DNA of 64,000 nucleotides from Selaginella moellendorffii (Eukaryota > Plantae > Lycopodiophyta). Shown piece by piece: positions 55,642 through 64,000 of this stretch (within the stretch, counting starts at the first letter, position 1; every line of letters begins with the position of its first letter). The DNA is taken from the NCBI RefSeq assembly GCF_000143415.4, contig NW_003314261.1, forward strand, positions 3,154,880-3,218,879, given 5' to 3'. Both the position numbers and the translations under genes were made by a program. A model generated the notes under the pieces. The model did not search any database. It was not told the DNA's origin and worked only from the letters and a program-made list of their open reading frames with translations.

Positions 55642-57739
55642 GGCGTGCCTAGAGAGAGAGAGAGAGAGAGCCACTTGTGGAGAAGGGTTATAAGACGAAG
55701 ATTGGCAGCTGGGTAGAATGTTGTTATTGTCTAAAAAGCTTGATTTATATGAGGAAGGCGCCAAAGCGTCTCATCGCCCATATCACAACGTAGCCATCGT
55801 CTTTTTCTCGCAAATGCCTGCTGTCCTCGCGCAATCACGCTTGGTGCTTGAGTGGTTGCTGCCATTCTCACGATGAGGATGATCATGGAAGCATAGACAC
55901 ATCACTGTGAGCTCCGTCAGCCAGAGAAATAGTGCGAGCCACATAATATCTTCGACTTTGTCCTCATCTGAACTTAGTTTTCAAATGAAATAAATTTTTT
56001 TATTGTTCTTGTGTTTAAAGTCAGCAAGAACTCATGCAAAACGAAAAATCTGACATATTCATGCGAAAGGTTACCCAAGTAACGTCACACGCGCGAATAG
56101 CTCCTTAATTTCGAGCATAGCAGTTCGTCAAAGAATATTCTTCCAGGGGGTTTTTTAGTCTAGTTAAGATTGACCGCCTAATCTTTAGAAGAGTCGGCAC
56201 GTAAAAATTGTATTTAACCTATCCTTTCATATTTAAAGGTTACATAGATGTTGTCAATGATCGTCTTCGTTCTAACTAGCTGCTGTTCAGGTGTGTCACC
56301 TCCTATCCAACAGTTCCAATTGGCCAGAGTAGCCCACAAAGTTCGGCAACCAGCCAATGGCAACCCAGGCTGTGCCGCACTCCCATTGGCCGAGAGCAAA
56401 CATTAGGGAAATATATCCCATGTAATCTGGAACTCCCTGGGGTTGGGAAACCACTCTGTACATGTTACGGATATATGGGATGAGAGATCTTGAGCTCCAC
56501 TACATAGTTTTCCCTTTCAGTAGAGACCAAGGTTTCATGAAGAACATTACTAACATCAGAAGTTATGCCACCTTGATCATGAATCCATAAACAAAAAGAT
56601 CGAGACAAAGAACCTCGTTTGTTTACTAACATAGAATAGAGTCCATACTCAGTTGGGTACAAATGGACTGTAAACACAATCTTATTGGGATATCACGTTA
56701 ATAGTTCTAAAGCTTTCAAAATGCTTGATTAAGATGGGAGCAACATGACATTACCCTAGCTTGAACAGTTGGAAGCGAGCAATGTGCTCCCACAATAAGA
56801 AGAAGAAGAAAAGGTTGTATGCCTGAAACAAATCATATGTGGTTTACAATACTTGTCCAAAAGTGAAGACATTTCTCCCAATATATAATGGCCTAAGGAC
56901 AGCTGCCTCTGCCGTGGAAGATGATGGTACATATGCCATCTTAATTGTGAATAATGCCATCACCATCTTCTTGCTTTCCAGATAACAGATTCCAAAGAGC
57001 TTGGACCTTGAATGTACAGATGAAAACTACACCATAAGGAAATTGAGTAGAAATGCATTGAAATAGACATGTCGTGCACTATTCTGAACCACAGGAATAT
57101 TCTAAAAATATTTGATAGCCTAACCATTAATGCTCACACTCCAAATCGCATCCAACAGTTGCTAGGGCTCTAGTTCTTGACACGGTGAAAGTTTCTAACA
57201 TTGCTGCTGTTTCAATCAAGATTGGGAGCAGCACATTCATTTAGGGATGACAAAAGAGTGGGATATAGATCCTGACGAGGATAATAGCCATGATGAAGAG
57301 GAAAAGACTTAATGTTGTTGCAGCTAAATTTTTTAGGTTTAGAATAACATTAGATTTCGTCAAATCTTATTAAGGATATTAAATATTTTATCAATTTCAT
57401 TAAGGATTTCCTGTTTCACATGAACCCCTAAAGATTGAATTAATCTTGTATTTGTGTAAGCATGCCAATAATTATAATATCAAAATGTTTATAACATATA
57501 AAAGGTTAATTGTTGGTTGGAGTTATGGGACAATTATTAATTTCACAACTTTTGTGAGGACAAAGTGAAGATTAGTTTTTTCTGACAAATCCTATGAATT
57601 ATACTTCTTCATGGTGGAAGAATTACATCAAAACTAATTTAAAGCCAACTTCTTGGAGTGATATAACAAAAGATTTCTGTGCTTCTTTTTTCAAAAAGCT
57701 TGAAGTTTATAGGCAGCATTCGTTCACAGTAGAAGTCCA

Positions 57740-58762
57740 AGAGGGTGAGTACCACAAGAACATTGAGTGCATGTGCTCCATCTTCACGGCCTGGTCACCT
57801 CTTCATGGCCAGAAGGGTCAACTCGTTCACCAAAATCATCCGGGACGAGCTTTGCCAAGGCTTCCAATCAGCTAGTGGCATTGGAAGGCAAGCTGAGACC
57901 AATGAGCTTTAATCCTCATGAACAAGACTTACTTTGGATCCAAGGCTTCCAGCGATGAGCCCCAGGCGTGGGAATTTGTGGAGCTGATTGACGAGGTGCT
58001 AGAGGCATCCGGGGCGTTCTCCATAGCTGATTACTCCCCAGTGTGGAGCATAACCCACTGTAGAAGAGCTCACAGCAAGATGGATGCGTTCTTGGTCCAA
58101 GTTTGAACGAGCAGAGACCGGTTCCCGATTTTGTGGAGATGACGAAGGCATAAGTGACCCAGTACCTCAAAGCTTTGCTCATGGTAAGCTCAGAACTCTT
58201 GATTTGATCTAAGCTTTTCTCAGTGCTTCTCTTACTAGGATTTACTTCCAAGACATCGTCAACCATGATTGAATGGGCTATGGCCGAACTTCTTCACAAC
58301 CCCGAGTGGATGGAGAAACTTTAGCAAGAGATTGAAAGCGTGGTTGGGAGAGATCGAATGGTGGAGGAATCGGACTTGGCGAAGCTGGAACTTGTCAACG
58401 CTGTTATCAAGGAGACATTTCGTCTTCATCCCCTGATCCCGCACACGTCCCCGGAGCCTCGAATAGTGGCCGGCTTTGAGATTCCAGCAAAGGCGACCGT
58501 GGTCATCAAAGCATACGCGATTGGAAGGGACTCCCAGGCTTGGCCGAATGATCCGGGCAAGTTGAGGCCTGGGAGATTTGTTGGTAGCAATATCAACGTC
58601 TATGGCCATGACTTTGAGTTGCTTCCGTTTGGATCAGGAAAGCGAGGTTGTCCTGGGCTTCCTCTTGGGGTGCTCTCAAACTTGATCCAGAGATTTGACA
58701 GTGGCCCTGGATTTATTAATACTGCTGTTATCACTCAAAGTGTGAATCTCTGGATGTTATAA
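57740..58762 (+). pseudogene. Cytochrome P450 pseudogene paralogous to the P450 at 36068
   Basis: Fragments EFVELIDEVLEASGAFSIADY, EQRPVPDFV, TMIEWAMAELLH, KETFRLHP, YGHDFELLPFGSGKRGCPGLPLG, with stops and frameshifts, the same intron position and no 5' part. Confidence 0.88.
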
Positions 58763-58882
58763 ACTTGGAAGTTTATCGGTGATTTGATTTAGCAACTAGA
58801 AGCAAGACGCGAAAACATCGCTATCTTGGAAGATTACTTAGATTTGTCACCTTTTCTTGATGTTGGATTATACACACACATC

Positions 58883-58910
58883 AAAAAAAAAAAAAAAAAA
58901 AAAAAAAAAA
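58883..58910. repeat. Poly(A) tract (28 nt)
   Basis: Directly visible. Confidence 0.9.
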
Positions 58911-59044
58911 CACAAAAGGAAGGAAGAAACAGTTTCCTCGCCCTGCACTGCCTTCCTGCAAAGAATTTCGCTCCCCCGCCTTGTTCGATTATCTAGTTGC
59001 CTATACCCCATTCCAAACTTCGCGAACGATCGGAGAAGTAGAAG

Positions 59045-62000
59045 TTACACTTGGAGGAGCTCGCGGGACTGCCACACGAACGCTGGCTTTATCAGCCTCT
59101 CCACCTCTTCCTCCGACATATCGTTGAACCATAAGAGGCCATCCTCTCGCACCCGAGGCTTCCGTGAGTCCCCGGAGTCTGTATCCCTCTCTACGCCGTC
59201 CAGACTAATCCCTTCCAAACTGATGAACTCCACCCCTGCGTCTATGTTCCCGGGCACGTCTTGAGACGACGATCCCATTGCCAGCGGGCGAGGGGGTATT
59301 TCCGAGCCAACAAAGTAGCGCCGCTTCTTCTCGCCCTTGGTGCTTGCTTTGGTGCTTACCTCTCTGGTGCGCTCCTTCTTGTTGGGATGGTGGAGCTTGC
59401 ATGCTGCTCTCTCCGGGCACTCTCCGGTGGCAGCGTAGGCGGGGCACACGTACGTGTGTTTCTTGTTGCACTGGAAGCAAAAGTAAGAGCCAGAGTTAAA
59501 CTTCAATCGGGGAAAAATAGAGACGACCTGATCACCGCTCGCGCAGTACCCTTTTAGAAAGCCTTCGCAGACTGGAGCATCTGGATTCACATTCACGTGC
59601 CGATAGGGGCATTCCTCGTTTATGCACAAGCCTGCACGTCCAGTCATGAAGAAGAAGAAGAAAAAGAAACAAAACCCTGGCCAACCTTGTAGAAAGAAAG
59701 AGCAGTCTGGCATCCTCTCCGGTAAGACCTGTACGAACAACCATTCTTTCCGACAAGCACATCAAGCGCAGAGCGTACCTTGTGTGTCAAGAGACAGCTT
59801 ACGTTCGAACAGGAACCTTTCAAGAATTTGGTACACACCGCCACCTTACCAGCGTCGTGAATGTAGGGGCATTTTCCATCTCCCTTCTTGCACTTGCCAA
59901 ATCTTGTAAAGAACTGGCAGTACTGCTGCTTCTTGATGACACGGGACCTGATATTATGTAGACTCCATCTGACTTTCTCGCTTGCCAACGCCCTGCTCGA
60001 AGCCTTTGGATCCCGCACAAGCTGGTTGCCATTTCCCATTCTCACGTAGCTGCTTACAGCGGAAAGTGAGAAACCACCGAAACAGGCTGACCACATCAAC
60101 TTACACTGCACCTCCAATCGATGCACGCCTTGGAGTCAACAAGCCCCAAGCGCCAGTTGATGAACTCGAGACATTAGAGTTTTCAGACGACTCTGCAAGG
60201 CCATATTTCGTCAGACACGCTTAGATGACCGAGAATACAAAAGCACCTTGTATCCGCTGCAGTGTTCGTTTCGACGGGTCCATCTTGTATCGTACAAGCC
60301 CGACCAGGACAATGCGCTCGCCTGTGGATTACAAACGATATATATCGATGGAAGAACCAGTATCAACTTACGTGATGTTCCAGCTTTGACGCCTCCTTTA
60401 TCAGTTTTCTTCCGGCAATGTTTCTCCAAAGCTGCCACCGCCTTCGTAGCGTCCTGTGTATTACAGCTTCATGTAACATGATTACCTTGCATGCATACCT
60501 GGTTTGCTTGCCGAGAGCGTTTCTCGAGTGACTTTGTCCATTTAAGACTGGCACCGTCAACGCTACGAACACCAGATCTATGCAGCGAAAAGCCATTTGC
60601 AGAGCGAGTATATAAAGGCTGTGACGTCCGTAATACCCGAAGCTTTTCGCTGCCATTTCAAACTATGTATCTGACAAACAAGATGGCATAAGAGTTCAGG
60701 AAAGCTTACCTTATAAGCGATAGCAACGAGCCTTTCTTCCCTTTAGGAAGAACCTCCAGCCTACGCGTTCGGACTCTTCTATAAAGCCGTTTCTTCCAAG
60801 GCATTAAGTGTGGTGCTTTGTGGGTATCACTCGGCGTCCACACCCAAGAAGACGAATTCTTCTTCAACCGCAAAGCTGCCAAGGAGAAAACATTAGAAAA
60901 TGCAGAACTTGGTAAGGGTCATCACCTTTTCCTAGCTTGGTTTTCATCACCGGCAGATCTTCAGAGCTCTGTTCTCGCTTGCGAGAACTTTCTGTATTTC
61001 GAACTAGCTGATTGGTTTTCCGTTTGACGTACACGTCCGGTTTACAGTGGTCGTGTTCCCCAGATGGTGAAACCACAAGCGGACTGGTCTTGGAGCGTAT
61101 CGTGCCGCTATTTTCACCAGGAACGCTGTTCTGCTTGTCGAGCTCCCCAACACCCGAAGAGTTTTTTGACGAGTCTAGAGCTGTACTACTGGGTACTTCA
61201 GGATCGAGATCGATAATTTCTACTGGAGCTTTCGACGAATCCAACGTAGCATTTGCTTTACCCTGTTGGTTTTGATCCCCAGAAGATAATGGACCCGCTG
61301 CCAAGATTGGTGACTTCCGCACAGTCGGTTTCTTCATCACGGCAGTTCGTAAAGGAGATCCCGTGTACTTGGGCAAGACCGGCGATGTTCTGACCAGGCT
61401 GTTGCCTTTCCGAACATAAGATGGCGCAGTGCTTAACGTAGACGCTTCACCGGACTTGCCCGCGGTAAACACGTTCGAAAGCTTCGAGGTTCCTGGAGCG
61501 TTCCCATCTCTATGCCATGTCTTCGACGTAGCCGTAGTTCGCGGCTTGAAAGCCACAGGCATGGACGGGTTCTTCCTTATACTTAATACAGCCTGCTTCG
61601 AGCCATGCTTGCGCTCGTCGGAAGAAGACATAACCTTCTGTGAATGGTCGACTAACGCTTGAATTGTGCTCGCCGCTGGTGCAGTAGTGTGCTGCTCCTC
61701 CCGGGCAGCACGCTCAGGTACCTGCGCTAATTCTAACGATGTCGGTTTCTCAGTTCCGTCCGCTAATACTAACGAAGTTCCCAGTACGCTATCTACGTGT
61801 TCCCCATTCTCTACCACTGCCGCTACCGGAATATCAACATCAGCTTCCTTCGCTTGTCCGTTTTCCGTAACAGCTTCAAAGTGCTTGGCTTGGCGGGGTT
61901 CCAACGCCACAGCTGCTTGTTCCTGTGGCTCGGGATCAGTCGGAGCTTCCGTGGTATTCGCGAGCAAGGTTTTCTCTGGTATTTCCTTGAGCTTTTTCTG

Positions 62001-63326
62001 TACTTGGGATGACGAAGGCTGAGGATGAGTCGGAGTCGGGATAGAAGCTTTCGCCGAGGACGACTTTCCAACCGTGTGAAGCTTTGGAACAGGGCTGGGC
62101 GCTCTCTCTTTCTCTTTCGGAGTGCGTTGCGGACTGCGAGAATCTCGAGCCGGATGGTCTTTAGGAGCTTGTTTGTGTCCCGTGACGGTCAGCTTCTTTA
62201 CGCTGGTCTCCCCAGGCATCTCCACCAGTGGAGGTCGCACATCAAACCTCGACTTCTTAACCGGAGAGCCAAGCTCCTTGCATGCCGGCCGCTCCCTCTT
62301 CTGCTGCGAATGAACTCTCTGGTTCCGGCCGTGAGAATCCGACGTCGAGTGCGAGTGGTCGTGATACTTGGTGATTGAGTTCCGCCCATACACTTTCCTC
62401 CTGATGTTATCCTCCGGCGTAAGCTGTCCATCCTCACGATCATCATCTTCCCTGTGATAATGCCGTCGCCCTTCGTAGCTCTGCCTCGCCGGCAATGGAG
62501 AGCTCCGCTCCACCACCCTCGACGCTCTCTGGTACCGAGCTGGGCTTCTCTCGCGGCTCCTGTTACGTACCTCTCGATCGTAGTGTGGCCGCGGCGAGCT
62601 CACCATGGACCTGGACGCCAAATGCCCGCTCTCGACTTCCACAAACCGGCGATCGCTACCACGCAATGGCGATGGAGTCCTCCGCTGGTAAGCTCTGGGA
62701 ACCATCACCTCGGCCGAGTAGAGATTGCTGGGAGGAGGCTGCCAGTATACGTTCCTGTCGTGTGGAGAGTCCGCCATGGAAGCATGCGGCCTATAGTTTG
62801 CGCTACTCGGTGCTAATCTACTATCCGGTGGAAACCTCCCGTCTAGCACCACGCTAGAATCGATACGCATCTCCGGCCCCTGATGCGGCATTGGCGGAAG
62901 AAGATGATGATTCCGAAAATTCCTCTCGTCCCAGCCGGGAGAGGGCTGGAGCCGCTGCTGCTGGGGGGCCAAAATCCCGTGGCTAGACTGGGGTGGCGGC
63001 GCCGGCACCGCTCGCTGCCGGTATGCCGCCATGGCCAGATCAAGAACAGCCGGCACGCCAGCGGCGCCGCCGCCGTGAAGAAGAACCTCTCGCGGCTGGT
63101 GATAGGAGTGAGGATGAGGAGACGCTTGTACCTGGTGGTGATTTTGCCGCGGGGGCTGCTGCTGCGGCTGCTGCTGATGCTGGTGGTGATGATACTGGAA
63201 AGAAGGCGGCATTGGAATGTGCGGAGGCGCCGCCGGGCTCCCCGCCGCGAGGATTGGCGGCACGGATGGCGGCGGCGGGGGATACATCCGGTAGGAGCCC
63301 CGATCGCGCGATCGCTGGAGCGCCAT
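59045..63326 (-). CDS. CCCH zinc-finger protein (ZC3H3/C3H7-like): long low-complexity N-terminus, C-terminal tandem CCCH fingers
   Basis: YCQFFTRFGKCKKGDGKCPYIH, VCTKFLKGSCSNVSCLLTH, PERMPDCSFFLQGLC..EECPYRH, VCEGFLKGYCASGDQCNKKH, CPAYAATGECPERAACKLHH; also SYVRKGNSLVR and YVKRKTNQLV. Confidence 0.88.
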
Positions 63327-63401
63327 AGCTATCTAACCCTAAATTATTAAACCAATTTGCCTTAGCCTGGAAATTATTGTTTATTAATGTAGTGATTTAT
63401 G

Positions 63402-64000
63402 TTAAGAAGAGGGAACGCCAGCCAAACGCCTCCTTGTAGCGTTTGACACGGAAATTTGGCCCAGCTTCTCGGCCGTCGTTTCCACCGAGCGATTCGAGAG
63501 TGGAATGTACTTACGCAACCATTCGCCAATGTACCACTGCGAGGAAAAAAGGAAACAGAGAAGAGGATTTTAGCGTGAAGATCATATGAGACATGCCTGC
63601 TGTGGACGCATGATCTTCGTGTCTGGATCGTCGAGCGACTCTTTCCAGTGCGCGAGGTAGCCAGCCATCCGGGGCACGGCGAACAAGACGGGGAAGAACT
63701 CCGATGGGAATCCCAGAGCTCTGCGACGAAAAGTTGTGAGATTCTCTAAAACGATGTGGAGGTTACCTGTATATTAGTCCCGAGTAGAAGTCCACGTTGG
63801 GATAGAGTTTTCTCTTCACGAAATAATCGTCCGAGAGCGCGGCTCTCTCCAATGCAACGGCAACCTGTAGAACAAATTGATAACATCTTACGATGATTAG
63901 AGACGTTACCTCTATCAGTGGATCACGTCCAACGATTGAAAATACCTCCTCCGAAAGATTTTTTATCACCTACGGTTTGAAAAAAATGCAGCAAGTGAGC
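63402..64000 (-). CDS. CSY: Citrate synthase (peroxisomal/glyoxysomal type), 3' exons only; gene continues beyond the window
   Basis: [90 protein letters not shown]. Confidence 0.93.

Noticed and set aside
56200-57600. AT-rich block that may be decayed DNA-transposon coding sequence
   Set aside because: No termini, TSD or diagnostic motif I can support.
58762-58910. Poly(A) after the P450 pseudogene as a sign of a processed retrocopy
   Set aside because: The pseudogene keeps its intron, and the tract lies in the likely 3' UTR region of the opposite-strand gene.

Overview
Gene-dense plant nuclear DNA with very short introns (mostly 50-70 bp), high GC3 and intronless PLS/SS-type PPR genes. 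This style suggests the lycophyte Selaginella (inference, not searched). In order: a TA microsatellite and AT-rich transposon debris with a decayed Helitron 3' end; 2OG-Fe(II) oxygenase; GAPN (ALDH11); starch branching enzyme I; two abutting PPR-E ORFs; an SDR; two convergent GH28 polygalacturonases flanking a decayed fungal-like dioxygenase; NodGS/FluG-like (with a U12-type AT-AC intron); a SWEET transporter; two U5 snRNA genes bracketing a PPR gene and cyclin T; SART3/Prp24; a CYP71-clan P450; a dirigent pseudogene; RNase T2; a coiled-coil/PH/LRR gene overlapping a secreted bulb-lectin gene; a Copia element nested inside another Copia (very short LTRs, 288-N gap); a duplicate of the PH-exon plus lectin segment; a P450 pseudogene; a CCCH zinc-finger gene; and the 3' end of a citrate synthase. 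Best leads: a PPR protein with a recurring ~15-25 aa insert in seven L motifs, a PPR gene starting ~80 bp after a U5 snRNA gene, the PH-LRR gene, the lectin with an unrecognised N-terminal domain, and the fungal-like dioxygenase relic. Multi-exon CDS coordinates are outer bounds (start codon to stop codon) inferred by eye.
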